Assembly (NCBI GenBank): GCA_977030845.1
Contig: OZ365116.1
Span: 4,154,001 to 4,218,000 of the forward strand
Source: Fimbriosthenelais zetlandica
Lineage: Eukaryota
Direction: 5' to 3'
DNA length: 64,000 bases
This document shows positions 49,389-64,000 of the stretch, piece by piece (within the stretch, counting starts at the first letter, position 1; every line of letters starts with the position of its first letter). The notes below the pieces were generated by a model, which did no database searches, was not told the origin of the DNA, and saw only the letters and a program-made list of their open reading frames with translations. The translations under genes were made by a program, and so were the position numbers.

Positions 49389-52300
49389 ACACGTGCTGAA
49401 ATGGTGCAGTCACCATGGTGCAGCCCCACTATTCCCCTCACACCACCACCTCAAACCCTAATGCCTTCCACAGACCAGAGCGTGTTTTGCAGTCGTGTTC
49501 ATGACACATGCGACCTTTTATACATGTACCTTGATTTGTCTCTTTCTGCACCTCTAGCCAAGAGATCGTGCCTAAATCAAATGAACGCCTCTGCAACTCA
49601 ATTGGAAAATCTAATCAGTGCGTGTTTGAGTGCTGACGTTTTCTCTGAAGTCGCCAGAGAAGAAAAGCGCAAGCAACCAGAGGCGTTCGCAGTGTGTTCC
49701 AGCCATAATACATATTTATATTGAATAAGGCTCTACATTAGTGGACGTGACAGCTCCCCATGAACTAAGTAAATGTCCTAAGGTATTATGAGAGCTGTTA
49801 GAGTAAGTGATAGATATGTATCTACTATAGGTATTGGGCATGATTTGCCATCTAGAGCAGGGAAAGTGGACATATGGTCCAGCACAGGCCCAGCTGGCTC
49901 TCTTGGTATTGGCTCCATCCACCTCCTGGGCCTTGGACATTTGCCTAAAGCCCCCTCACACATTATAGTGATGGGTGTAATCACTAGCTCCCTTCTCACC
50001 CTTCACAAGGTGTCTACAACACCAATGATTGGCCTTCTGCCATCTCTCATTTAGATATGATAATCTTACCGGCCATAATGATGTTATATGTAATAACTAT
50101 CTCACATGTATCCCATGGGAATATTTTAAATCTAGGCCAGTTATTTCCGCCACCCTTATAATGGAATCTACCAACTTGGGTATGTCCCAAGTTGTGTTTC
50201 CTATTTTGTTATTTTCAATGGCAGGTTGCAGTGTTAAGAAAGGCCTAGTAATTCCTCATTCTTTTAGCCAGAACAAACCTGTGTCTAGCCTCATTGATTC
50301 TCTGTATATGTAGCCTTGTACAGAGAAAAAGCACTTCTTGCCCACCACTCCAATATGTATGGAGTCCCGGCTGCCACTAAGGCTATTTACTCTTAACTTA
50401 GCTATACTGGTGGCTGCCCAGTGAGTGAGGGAGATAAATATGCACATATTTTACTCTGAAATTGGTTGGTGTACATATGTATGTCTGACGTGATGCTTGA
50501 TCATTCCCAAGCCTAAACTTGTCACATCTTATCAGCATTTGTCATAACTCCCTGAAGCTGCCAGGAAATTGGAACTGGAAACGAAATAACCCTCCTCAGC
50601 TCGGCATTGTGTTATAGCTTTTTGTTTCAAGTTCACTCTTGAAGTGGACATAGTAGATATAGATTTATTTGATAATTAGTTCATCAGCTATTGACTGATC
50701 TGAATTCATTTTTTCAGTAATACTATAGGGTAAACATATCACTCCTGTTCGTCCTTTCCAGCTGGAGATTATTAGTAATCATTCAAAATGGCCAAAACAT
50801 ATACATATCTAATGGCCAGCTGCCCAACGATGGTTTTTTGATAACGCATATATCTTCAATCGCAAGTTCTCTAAACATCCATTTGATTTCCTGTGTCATA
50901 AAATCAACTCATGACAAGCTTGCGTCAGATTCTATTTCTGAAAACGTATTTCATTCTCTTTGATATAACATATATGCTGGCAGTGAGAGGGAAAACAGCA
51001 CTTTAATGTAATAGACCATTGATGGTCGGTGTATGTCATTGTCATGTTGGGGAATGGCTGGGTATACAAGAAGCCTCCACTGACAAGCGATTAGAGATGA
51101 ACCGTAAATAGATCATATGTATTCCCTTGTGTTCTTACCCTGCCTTTCACTGGCGCTAGACGCTTATAGCCCACACTGTGGGTTCACACCATTATCATAT
51201 CCCCCTGGGCTTCCCCATCATTACATATTGCTACCATTTTCCATTATATTGGTTCCATTTCGCTCCTATTCCGCCATGTTCTCCCCTCAAACCATGGTCT
51301 TAAATCATTTTCCTTAATTCATGATAATGTGGCAAGATTATCTTCAAAATTTATGTCATCATTAGGACAACTTGAGTCCTATATCGTCCCGCTTCCCTTT
51401 GTGAAGTCATAAAGACACTCAATTCTGTGCCTTTAAACTGAAGGCTGGCATTTTATCTGCCTCAAAGTATGTACAAAATGAATGCTTATCGGAGCATTTC
51501 AAGACAAAGTCGTCTGGACAAAGACTAGTGATTATTTCCATTACTTCCCTCATATATGTCCACATTAGGCAGTTTGAGTGAAGGAAGGCTTGTCCCTAGA
51601 TGCAATAGGAATTCCATCTGGAAGCAATAACTTGTCGATATCAATTTCAACTTCAATATGAATGTCAGAAGAAATGTGACAGGCGCATAATTTGAAGCAT
51701 TGCCTTGGTACATGGCTGGCTGCTTGTGCTGTCACTCATTCAATAACTCAGTGACGATCATCCTTATTGAGGCAGCAAATACACGCCCCTATACCTACCA
51801 GTTAGGAGCCAAATCCATGGATGTACTGAGCTTATATATACCACCCCGGAGCTTTATTTGCCCTGATCTCCCATTGTTATAGCACTCTGGGGACGTCTCT
51901 ATGTTAATCTTATGCCTAATTGCATTCCTATGTCTACCGGGGTTAATGATTTACATATATACTCCCTGGAGTATTGAATGAGCATTCACCACTCATACAT
52001 AATGATGAATAAACACCGTGTGTAATAAGTGAGCTGTGTCACACCAATACATAGAATGGTGTCAGCCTCGCTCCCCCAACTCTCATGGTGTTGACCAAAA
52101 GGTCACGGGTGGTGTCGCATGTACGGGATATTTGCCAATGTCTTCAATGTTGGATTCAACCATCTCTACCATAGACACTGACAATGTTGAGTAATACATC
52201 TGATGCATCAATGTATGCTGAATGCTCTATTCCATGTAATATATTGGACTTTGAAAGTTTCCTTATCTTGGAGTAACTGTCTAGCTATTGTAAATGGGTT

Positions 52301-54164
52301 GAGGACTAAGACTAACTGAGTCAGTGGTCACCTGCCGGCCTTCCCTGACCCTGTCCATCACCCTGCTGACCCTCACCATTAGCATTTCCCTCCGGTCAGA
52401 CTTCTCCACTGACCAGTCTGACCTTCACTTATAATGGCTGGGGGTATCCAGGGATCTGCTTCCTTCCCCTCATCCCCCACTGCAGTCAATATTCCAAGCC
52501 TTCCCATTGACTACTAGGCTTAGCGCTCAATTGCCTTGGTTAGTCTGTCAAACCCTCTTGATTCTACACAAATGAAGGGAATAATTGATCTCAGACTATT
52601 GCATTGATTCATGACCACGATCCTAATCTGCTATTCATTTTTAGGTTCACATAATGAGGTATTGAAGCATTATGCCAACCTTGATATATGATATTTTAAA
52701 GCGGGTATTCCCCAAACATTTACCCCCGCTCTCTGTCAATGATATATAGAGTGACCCTCTGATTGATAGTAAAGGACTTGGCTGTATGGAGGAGCTTGTC
52801 GATGATATATTTTCCACTATATTTGTCTTTGATCGGGAGCAGTAATGTGTGAATGATAGTGAATGGAGTTTGAGTTAGAGCTAAGTTCCCATGACTAATA
52901 CTTGTAAGCTGGGATACTTGGCAGTACCTCAGATATACATCCTGCTTCTTTACTTACCTCATTGCACATCATAGCACTGTAGGCTGTACATAGATGGAAA
53001 CTACAGCCTTGCATGTCCAGGCAATGATCTATGGTTTGTGGATGAGGGAGTGACGCTGGAGCTCCATACGTATTCTAAACACACATCCATAGGGAATCAA
53101 TGATCAATTTGATGATCCTTCCAACAGCTTCAGCCCAGTGCTTCCAGCCCTTGCCCCACATCCCATCCTCATCCCCCATTCACTGCACTTTAGATTGAGT
53201 TACTCGATCGAAATAAAAATCTATGGCTGGCCAGCAGTGAATAAATTGCTTTATGTGATCTCTAGTTTGACCCCATTCCCCCATTGTCACACATTTTACA
53301 TCGGTTCCCGTGTTTGCCTCCAAGTACCTATGGAGCCCAAAACGGTCAATAAACAGGGATCAAAGCAAATTAACCCCAACTTTAATCGTTTCCCATCTCT
53401 GACACTGACCTGGCCAGGAGGTAGACTTTATATGTTAGATATTTCATCGATTATATCCATGTTATCTGCTCCATATTCATCGTAAGATTCAGTCCATGAC
53501 TGGCATCTATTCTGATCATTACATCTATTGTAGAGATAAAGCAAACGCTCTTCATTGATGTCCACATTTATCTGCTTGTGATATCTTGTTATGCATAACC
53601 ATCGCCGCCTATGAATTGTCTATTTATACCGTCTTACTGATGGTTTTGCAATATCCTCACATATAAGCAATTCCTTGCAAAAACACATTTGGAGTAGCCA
53701 TCACAGCCGTCCCCTCTTAACTGAAAACTCTGTTAGCGTGCTGTATTTTAGAAGCATTATCTTCCCATCTTGAATGTAGCTTCTCAATCTAAAAAGCTGC
53801 ACCTCAAATGTAACCTAGCTTTAAAAATCCCCTCAGCACGCTTAATAGCTTGTGTTATGGTGGAGTCGCACGTGCTTTTAAGCTTTCCTGCCATGCATCC
53901 TGAGAATGATAATGTAAAAACGGTTGGGGGTCTTGTCGAGGGAAGCTGGTGATGTACTTTGGAATCCTGTATAAATGCTATTCCTTCCTCCCATCCATGT
54001 TTCGGCATTAAAGCAACCAGTTCAGGCAAAGCAAATTGACAATCCGATTTACCATCAACTCGGAACTGCTATTTGCATTCTTGTGGAACAAAAGCTGTAA
54101 TGCAGACCATCCACTACTGCGTTCAGAAAAATTCGGTCCAGGTCTTTCTAACGGGGTAGCTCCA

Positions 54165-54285
54165 CTGGCGTTCTATTGCCTTGCGACTTTCGCGATTTTC
54201 ATTGCGGCTAGCCCTTGCGACTGACATTTCTCCATCTCCAACTGCCATAACTTCCACGCCACTCGCAAATAGATCCCAATATATA
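54165..54285. repeat. Copy of unclassified decayed dispersed repeat (anchor P)
   Basis: GGCGTTCTATTGCCTTGCGACTTTCGCGATTTT..GCTAGCCCTTGCGACTGAC..CAACTGCCATA..CCACTCGCAAATAGA. Confidence 0.7.
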
Positions 54286-57200
54286 GGCACCCCTCGCAAA
54301 TAGCTAAACTTGCTGAAGAAAATCCGCGGGAGCTGTCCTTTGAGAAATGAAATTTTCTCCCAGCTCCAGCTCAAACGGTTTGATGGAGCCAGGGATCGGT
54401 TTATAACGGGGGACTATGGATGGTATACATACAAGCCAGTACTGAAGCACTCAGCTTCAAGGATAGCAATAAAAGCTCTATGTCTGGCTCTCCCTTATTG
54501 CCCAGTGGATGTGAAATAACTTGGATATTGCATGCACAGACTGGGGTAACATGAAATTACATAGAGTGACTTGGGAATTGATACACACTGGAGATATCTA
54601 TATAGTGGCTTATGAAACATGGATTTCTATAATAAATCCGCATCACATTACTTCATTGCTTGGCCGTCTAATCAAGGGTCTTATAATATACAGTATCTGA
54701 AAGATATAAGCAAATGCTTAAAGCTTTTGAATGAGGTCGATTTCTGGCATGAATTTTACTTAAGGGTATGGTCTTCACTATATATTATATAGTATCTTAT
54801 TGGATGGACGGATAATTTTTATCCTATAATCAGTTACATTGAATGACAGGTTGGATGGATTATGAACCATCTAATCTCATCGTTTTCCAGGTGTTGTCTG
54901 CTCTTTACCTGGTCGTTCAGTGATCTGATATTCTACTACATGTGTAAAGGGACCCCCAGAGGGTGAAAGCATTTACCCTTGATGGGATAGGGGCGTGTGT
55001 ATATATATGGGGGTGGTATACAGTGACAGCGAGCCTGACTCACATGTTAATGCGCCTGCATGATATGGCTCCACACACCTTACCTCCAAAAGGTTAAAGT
55101 TTATGTCCATCGGGCCTTGTTTGACTAGCAGGTGAGTGTGCATCAGATTGCCGCTCAACAGTCATGAATTGAATGCTGACATGTTGCTTGTTAAAAACCA
55201 TCTTTTACTATTACCCTTAAAGAACTCCCATAGTAAATATTACATGGCCGTGCATCATGCTCATATCAAATATGATAAATACAGAGGTCATGGTCTAGAG
55301 GTGGCCCAGATCATTATTCCTTTATGTACACGGATTGCCACTTTAAACACTTCAATCTCTTGATATCTCTAATGGGATCTTAAGGTGATAAATTGTTTAC
55401 CTCTGACATGAATTATGTTTTCCGTCCGTATAACATTACAGAAATAGGTCTCACAAGCAATCATGATGCGCAAAGACCTTGACATAATGAAATAAAGGTT
55501 ATAAAGGCAATTAGTATAATATCCCAATTGGGAGAGTCGGCGAGTTTTCTCTATAGAATTCAGTGAATGGGAGAGGTCCATGTCCATCTGGAAATGTCAG
55601 GGAAAGATTGCTATAGTAAGCTGTACGTGTTTCCTTGTTCGGCTGGCAGCAGGAACAGGGGAATGGTTGCTCTTTTCAAAAGATCCTTCTATAAATAGAT
55701 GGGTCTTTTATGGTCTTTTTCTCTGATAGACGCCAGCAGTTGGGGTCTAGTCTCCAGGTGTAATCAGGCTGGTAGGAGCAAGCATTCCCTGCCTTATCAC
55801 TGCCTTATCTCCCACCGTACCGCCTGGCTATCTCGCATGGCCAAATCTCCCCCACGACAATATCTTTGGCGTCCGATCTGCTGTAGGATCGATGTAGATC
55901 GGCAGAGCTGGCCTATAAGTTGGGAGCCTGGAGCCAGCGAGGTGGAAAAAGTCCTCAGGTTTGGCAGAGAACGGGAGCACCCTTCAGTGAACAGGCAAGA
56001 CCCAATGGTGTCAGTTTGGGGAATAAATATCTATGTTTACCACGGGTATTGGTTGGTCCTGTGAGGGTGTCCAGTCGCTGAGGACCCTCCCTCTACCTCC
56101 AACACCTGACCCCCACCCATCTTCACCTCCCATGGCCATGGTCTTGGATTATCTGGGAATAAATCTTTCAAGAACTTTCAAGAGTTGAGGAAGTCTTGAG
56201 AAGCGTTGGCATCACCTGTCTGAGAAGTGATGAGATATCTTATCTCTTTTATCCAATGACATCTCAATTCTTTTTCCTTTCGATTGTCTTCTTCCATTGG
56301 TCCCAAACGTGCTTTTATGCGATACTTGATTCGATATCTTGGGCAGGAATTTCCATGTTTTCTGACCCAAACTGTAATAAAAGCCTGATGGTTGTTCTGG
56401 TATTGATGACCCTGGTGAACTCGTTGTATGGGTTAGCTATATGAAGGTGAGGGGGTGCCTTTGACCTTTTATGCTGTATGAATCTGATCATTGGGCTTGG
56501 AGCCAAAACATACACGTGCGGCCCAAACAAATATTACCCTCCACCTCCCCATCTTGCCAGACCAGGAAATGTACTTTCCATGTCAACCATGAAGAGGCAA
56601 CACCATTTCTCTGTCCTCCCAAAGGCAAAACTGATTCATAATTCTTAGCTGCATTATGCATGGAACAGATTGCGAAAGCCTCCAGTTTCTTATGATTTTC
56701 GTCTCATGCATAACGAAAAACGCCAGCAATCGAGCATGCAGATAAGATTTTCTAATCGAGTCACAAAGGCCATGATTTATATTAGGCACTTCTAGGCTAG
56801 CGGTTGCTTTAAGACACCAAGGCAGGTCCATCTAAATCAAAATCGCCTATGCCTTGACGCGACCACAAGAACGCTCTAGTCTGTACCCGGCATGATGATT
56901 GATAATTGTGGTTCCATTTCATGGCGTGGCGGTGGTTTTCTGGTGGTAGGACCGTGTATGACAGTTGAGCAGTCTTTATGAGACTGGTTGTGTGTACGGG
57001 GACAGTTCCTTACCCTATCCTTCCTCCTCTGCCCACTCCAGCCCTCTCCACTATCGACCTCTAGCCAGCCAACAGATGCCTCAGCTGCCCACCACTCCCA
57101 AAGCCCTTAGACAACTTTCGATTTGTCTCCTAAAAAGATAAGTTAGGAGAAGTAAAAAAAAGTTGACCCTTGTGAAAATCGATAGTGAAACTCGGTATAC

Positions 57201-59802
57201 TGAGGTCCACAAAAGGCCGACTAGGAGGGATTTGAAGATGTAAAACCTTCTCTGTTGTTTGCATGGAAAACAGAATTTGAGCTGCTTACAGGCTATTCCA
57301 TCATAGGGCCTGTCACCTCATGTCGTTCCCCAAATGTTATCGTCCCTTAGGAGAATCCATCAGTTCTCCCTTGTCGAGACTGGTGTCAGATAGAGAGGAT
57401 CCCTGACTGAATCTGGCAGCAGCTAGCCTCATTCCCCAAGATAAGCCTTCCCGCTGCCTTCTAAGCCTCCTTTTCTATGCAGGATTGTGTGATATGCTGA
57501 TGTCAGGTTAGTTTTTAACCCCGGGTGTCAGGGTTTGAATGGCGCGCCACATTTCTCACTCACTTGTCTTTCACCACCTTCCTTGCTTTTAACCCGGGAC
57601 GGTGGCAGGTCAGGGACAAACAAGGGGCTTTGTGTTGAGGGCTGAGCTCACATGAGGTGGTCAATGCTGGGATCTACGTCTGCCTGTCCTCACAATCCAC
57701 CAACATTACGATATTCTAGCCCGGGATTTGACCTTTACCAGCCCGGCATTAAAGACACATCAGGCATGTCCAGCACACTCATTCACACTCTCAGGCTAAC
57801 CACTGCCTCACTTTTGAACTGACAACAGTGATGTGAATATCTGAGACATCATCTAACTGAGATATAACCGAATGTCTGACAAATTGGGCCATGCAATGCA
57901 ATTCATATTCCAACCTTTCAGCCTTATAATAAGATGGCCACTGTGAAAGGCCAGGCTCAAAAATTGCATATTGATTTTCAGTGATGTCTGTTTTATATCA
58001 CATGCTAAGCATGGTTCGATACATATTAAATGATGTGCAGAACTGATTGCCCAGCAGATGCTGAAAATGCCCTCACTGCCCTCTGTTCATCCTTCTCTCA
58101 TCCTCCTCAGTAGTTTGTGTGACCCAGGACTATGTAATTGTGTGTAAAGGTAATCTGTGTAGGCTGATTTGGTGGAGCACTGAGGCTTAGTAAGAGCTTG
58201 TTCTCGGATCACAAGATTGAGTATTACCCTTGAGTGGTCCCAGGCAGGACGACTTGGCCTTCGGTCACGCCCTCTCTCCTGAAGCCACTAAGGCATACAA
58301 GGAAGCCATTACCACTCCCAGTCTACTGCCCCACGGTCACACCCAAACCTATTGTCTATCATGATGTAAAGATAGGTTAATACCTACTATAACATCCATC
58401 ACGTAGACCAGGCATCTAGGTCAGAATATGCCCACATATCCCTCATCATACGAGGAGGTCTTTTTTACGATAGAGCAGTCCATAAGGAAGCCCCTCCATT
58501 ATAAAGTACTAGGAAGAAGCGAATCCCTAGATCTTACTTCTTCCCGAAGAAGTGATAAGTGGAAAGATGGAAATGAGCAAGAGCAGGTGATGAGACTCTA
58601 GTTCATGATAAATGTGTGATAATTCGATTCTTTCTATGCTCAACAATTTCCCAAAGGCATAAACAGTAATTATTCCTGCCAGGCCAGACCAGCGGGAGAT
58701 GGACTGGTTCACTGGTTTTTATCCTTCTTCAAGAACCTTTCTTACAGCTCCTCACAATGTTGAGCCTATTTTCTCGGCAACCTTTCTTCAAAATGTGATT
58801 TCTTTTATGTTTTCCTAATCGATCGGGGTAAATGAAAGTGTGATAAAAGCGAGGTGAGGGATGGCCAATCTCTGCCTTCCCAGTCTGTCTGTGAGCTCGG
58901 CTGTTTGAAAAATCACACTCGGTCAAGAAATAAATTAGCAAATGGTGTCCCTACTCTTTATCAACAAGACCATGCATGCATCTTTAATTCAAAAGTTAAT
59001 TATTTACATTCAGTTATCTTCTTTTTCATACTGCATGGTGAAAACCTTTTACGACAATAAACCAAGGACTGAGGTATAATTTATGATTTTTTTTAATAAA
59101 GAACTATTACATTTTATGATGCCTATACACTTAATGTATGTTTGGAATAGAATTAGATCTAGTACTAAGCCTCCCCCTGCGTTATTTCTTTTTCAAAAAC
59201 GAAACAAAAAATTCATATATCAAAGCCTTTCCATTGGTGTAGTCTGCGCACGACATGGGAAAGAATCAAGTTGTCTGCAATCCATTGTTGCTACTTTCTA
59301 TTGAAAGAGGCAGTCCTAGAAAAACGAGCAAGAATCCACAGGAAGTGTTTCTTTGTTGACCTTTTGCTAGGGAGATGAGACTGGCAAAGGTGTAAGAGCG
59401 AAAAAATAGCCCACACATTGTTGCGATTAGCTTTGCAAGAGTCACAGCTCATTACACGAAGACAGAAACTAAAATACTGCTGAGCAATTCGCTGTCAAAA
59501 TCTCTGTGAAAAATACTAAATCAGAAGTCAGTTGGGTGACTCGAGCTGTCATGGGTTTTACATTGCTACATAAACAATGATGAGTGTTTATTATAATAAA
59601 CCTCACACTCATCATATAGGATTTACATGTATAAAATGTCCACCCAGATTACTTTCTGAATTGAAAGAATGTTCGGTTGATTGCCTCCGCTACAATAGAT
59701 GCCCATATATCAGTAAAGGACATGAATATCAGTGCTTAAAGTTGCGTGGCCTTTAAACTATTGATATGTGTTTATTGCTGGATAATATTGTATTGGAGTA
59801 AC

Positions 59803-59894
59803 ACGTCAACTGATTTGAACGTCAACTAATTTGAACGTCAACTATTTTGTACGTCAACTAATTTGAACGTCTACTTATCTGTACGTCTACTATC
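59803..59894. repeat. 16-bp tandem repeat, ~5.7 copies, degrading toward the 3' end
   Basis: ACGTCAACT(A/G)ATTTGA-type units at 59803, 59819, 59835, 59851, 59867 and 59883. Confidence 0.9.
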
Positions 59895-62800
59895 AGCCTC
59901 CATAATGATTCTTTAAAAGTTTAAAATAACTGAATGGCGCCATTATACTTAGAGTCGGACTTGATGTTAACATGGAATAATATGCTTCATTTCAATAGAT
60001 GTAGTTGGCTTTTATTCCAATTTAATAAAGAACCTTTTTTTCTGTCGGCCCTTTTCACTCTGGCCTGCAAGCAGAAGGGCCAAGCTTTAAAGCTTGAATT
60101 TATCCTCATCCATCACCCTTTGTAATACCCAGTGCTCAGCCCAATACAGCCTTCATTCTGGCCCGGTTTACTGCCATGTTGACCAACAGGACATAAATCC
60201 CCGGCCCTATCCCCGGCCCTTGCTGCCTCAGCTGGAGACCCAACTCATCAAGTTCAAGCACTACAGTAAAGTCTGAAAATACCTCCTTCACCCACTCTCT
60301 GGATTTTTACATACATCATTCACCTTTATCTTACCATTCCCTTTCTTAAATCCTCCTCTGCAGCCAGACAATTTATTACCAGATCTTATTTAAGATTTAA
60401 TTATTAGGATGGTCACATAAGCTGGTGATCTTCTGATTTGTGGTAGTTAAAATGATAAATACACTCGGGCAAAATGTTATATTCAATTAGAGTTTTTGTG
60501 AATGAGCACAGTTATCTTGATAGGAAATGATATGTGACTCGGGGAAACAACAGAAGGACCGAACTAATATAAAAAAATCTCATTTACTCTTGCATGAGAT
60601 ATCAAAGGAAGAAATGAAATTGAAACGTGGTGATCAATAGGGACTCCATTATTAATGCTGTTTAAATAGGTCGGTAGTTCGATCTGACTGGGGACTTTTT
60701 TAACTTACTTTTCTTTGAAACAAGAGATGCTCGGGTAAATGAGATGGACTTTGAGGGGGAGGGAGTGATGGAGGGAATACGGTATGGAACGCGGGTGTGT
60801 TCCAATAAACAGACTAATATCATGACATCCACCAATGAAATGTCAGACCTTGATCAAAGCCAGTGACACTAATATCCTGCTTGTTGGGCCTTTGTACACT
60901 AATACCAGGCCTGAAAAGCCAGGCTATCTCAGGGTCAGGCCGGGTGATGACTTCAAGCCACCAGCGACCTACACTACTGAGTCAGTGGTGAGCTGCTCCT
61001 GAACAGAACGCGTCCACTCTCACTTACAAAATGGAACATGACATCATTTTCAGAATCATCTTATTAGATTCTCTGCTGGGTTTTTATACCCCTGCTAACT
61101 CTATAGTGGATTGTGCTGTTTCGGCTTTCGCAAGTCCTTGAAGCTGTCAGGCAAGAGTTAATACTTTGCTGTAAGATTATGAAGGTTTGAAAGCAATGCT
61201 GTAATGTACCTCCTGTGTATGGAGCAATCTGTGCAATCTTTTGGCCGAATGAACGCGGTGATGAAAACTCCCATTCACAATAGTGCACCCTGCTAAGAGG
61301 CTGAAACTTGACAAGGGAGAAATCAGGAGGCATGAGGCAGACAGATGTGGAGGTTTGAGTATGTGGAGAGGGTAGTTGGTGTTAGAGTTAGTCGTGGATT
61401 GATCCATTGGATTGCCTGTCAGCATGTGCTTTCCCTGCTTGTCAGTGACTGCCATATCTGCAGGAACAATCCATCAAACCTGCCCTGATAGAGAAGTTTT
61501 CACCGTTATAATTCTACCACCCTACAACAATCCAATCTATCATGGCCTATTTCATACAACTGAAAACGCCCTCCAAAAACACTTTTGTTCATTTCAAAAC
61601 CAGCTCCTTGATTTTAGGCTTTGCATTGAGTTGAAGAACAGCGAGTCATAAAAAACAATAATGCAATCACTACAATGCGTGACCGGCGTCCCACAGGCAT
61701 GCTTCCTCCGCTCCATTACGGTTTTCATTAATATTCCCCGTCAGGAAACCACAAAAAGCACAGCTTATATTAGCACCCACGGTAATTTCCAGCCCGTTCT
61801 GACTGTGTGTGGGATGTACATCCCCAGAGGTGATGAAGATGTGGCGTTGTTATGAGTTGTGAGTGATTAGCTCATGCCATCTCCTAAAGACAATTGAGCA
61901 ACTCCTTTAAGTTGTGATGGATGGTTCTGCTCGCTTCACACAGCCCCCAATGGGTCAACCACACTAATTGATTTGCTGAACTTCTTCCCCACATCTCCAA
62001 TTTGTTACCCTCATGAAAAACAATCACAGCCTCCTTTGAGCTTCTGCAGGAACTGCTTTTCACGCTTGACACTTGTGAAAACTTTCGGTTTGATCCCAGA
62101 GACACTGTTCATCAGTCAACTAGGGAATCTGAGAAGATTTTCATGAAGAAGCCAATTGTTGTACGGTATTAGAGATTACCGAAACAATACTTGATGTTTC
62201 CTCCTCGTTACATTGCTGGTGGATTACTCTGTGTAGATCGACAATGAGGGATAATATAATGCCATGCTTCCCATCTCACTTATTAAACCACCGTCAACCT
62301 CAGTGTCTCTTCTAAGCTCATTGCTGAATACCAGAGCATCACCGGAGACCCATTCAATAGAGATCGCGAGGACAGGAATATGATGAATGGCAAATTAATT
62401 TGGTCTGTGGTCCCAGATATACCCTCCCCTGTTAGCTTATGTATTGTATTGAGTCCAGTGGGTATTGGCGAGGACAGAAGAATCAATTCCACCCTTTATG
62501 AACGAGCCTTAGAAGCAACATTCTTATACCACAAGGGAAGCCAGGCACCAGACCAACTTAGAATAACCCCATAAGTAGTAGACATTGAGTGAATAGGGAG
62601 GTGGGTTATGGGTAGGCGGCCACCAGCCAATGCTATAATCCAACCCTGGAGACTATAGCGTACAATGCCATACATCATTACACATAATTTACTACCTACC
62701 TCGCCTTGAAGCTTTTATAAGCTATGATTATTCATATATAGGATGGTCCTTTGTCTATATGGCCTTCACTTGCTAGTGCTTCCCTTACAAAGCCTCAGCC

Positions 62801-64000
62801 CATAGAAAGGGTAAGCCACTCTAAAAACCCTGGCTACTACATCCCTCCAAGAAAAAGAATGCCATTGGCAGGCAATTCACTAAAGCATAGGGCTATGCAA
62901 AAGGCTGTTCCATTAATGGAAGCAGTGAAAAGTGCTGTGAAATCCTTTTTAGCCAGGTTGTTTTTTCTGGTTGGCAATCAGGTCTCTGACAAAAAGAAGC
63001 TCACCCTACGACCCCTTCCTGATCCCCTCCCACTGCGGATCTCTGTCAGTGCATCAATCAATGATCAACAACTATTCATGTCAACTCAAAGGAACCCCTT
63101 ATAGCCAGAGTTCCCCTCAGCTGTTTGTGGCTTTCTTTTGTGGCCCACATGAAGATGTTCCTAGCTTGGATAATAAGCCCCTGATTTTTGCACCAATTAA
63201 GCTTCTGTGGTGTGGGCTTGCCGCCAGAAAGTCGCCCGTGATGGCAACATGTCCCACAAACACTCCCCGCCATGAATAAACGCCAGCAGTTATTTATACT
63301 CATTTCACATTCACTTGCTCTTCTTTGGGGGATAAAAAACTTGAAACACAGGAGTACTTAACTCATCACAATATCATATTGCGTTATTACGCCTGTAGTT
63401 CTTAGATTTATGTCCATATTAATACAAAATATGCTGCTTTATAGGGGGATGCTTCTGTATTGAAATTAATGAGAAGTCAGCAATATTCTTGTCTACTGAT
63501 AATTGAGCTTGTACAAGCCGTTTCAGGTGAAGGCCCTCCACTTCCCATTAACACATTCATATATATACACTCCTCAGAGATATTTGTAACATATAATTAT
63601 GTGTCTGCTTCAATGCCTCCTTTAAATATAGAAAAACAGAACAGCAATTAAAAGAGGACAAGTTACTGGATATATATCACTTTGAAGTATGAGGAAAATC
63701 CTTATTTTTAATTGCAAGAGGAACAAAGCATTTGAGATAAGTATTTGGTCTGCAGAATGTTTTCTTCGAAATAACGACGGGTGTTCCACTAGTATGCTTC
63801 TGCTCACACTAAAACCAGCACTCCGATGCTGTGATTAAGCATACTGCGACAAATATTATGTTGATGTCCCAATGGAAAATGTGCCTTTGGTGGAACGACC
63901 TTGACCTTGGGCACCACAATTTATATAATTCATTGCGACACAAACGTCAACTTTGTGACAGTAGTGTCGCAAGCTAAATCGCAGCAGTGGAGTCCGGGCT

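Noticed and set aside
53784-54029. IKRAEGIFKARL resembling the Harbinger/PIF transposase motif ERAFGxLKxRF
   Set aside because: The catalytic Glu and the FG are absent, and no upstream GDxGY or DG motifs were found in any frame I checked.
55699-55760. IDASSWG resembling the DIRS RNase H motif TDAS..GWG
   Set aside because: No downstream RNase H, RT or tyrosine-recombinase motifs; too short to support.

Overview
AT-rich, repeat-dense eukaryotic (animal) DNA. I found no supportable host gene, rRNA, tRNA gene or CRISPR array. Two young, apparently complete transposable elements dominate the window. (1) A 6.9-kb P-superfamily DNA transposon at 17315-24232 (+). It has 36-bp perfect TIRs, a second 19-bp internal inverted repeat placed asymmetrically at the two ends, and a 7-bp TSD (GTACTAT). 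Its 9-exon THAP + RNase H-like transposase ORF can be spliced by hand into 878 uninterrupted codons. (2) A ~7.1-kb CR1-group LINE at ~31697-38810 (-). It has an esterase-only (SGNH-like) ORF1 and an intact 999-aa APE-RT ORF2. The two ORFs are separated by an unusual 1.85-kb spacer holding a 9-unit minisatellite with a 3 x 419-bp higher-order structure. The rest contains one tRNA-derived SINE near the start, several short tandem repeats, a 131-N assembly gap, and many decayed, mutually homologous fragments of an unclassified and probably once protein-coding repeat family. All alignments, translations and counts were done by eye; no database search was possible.
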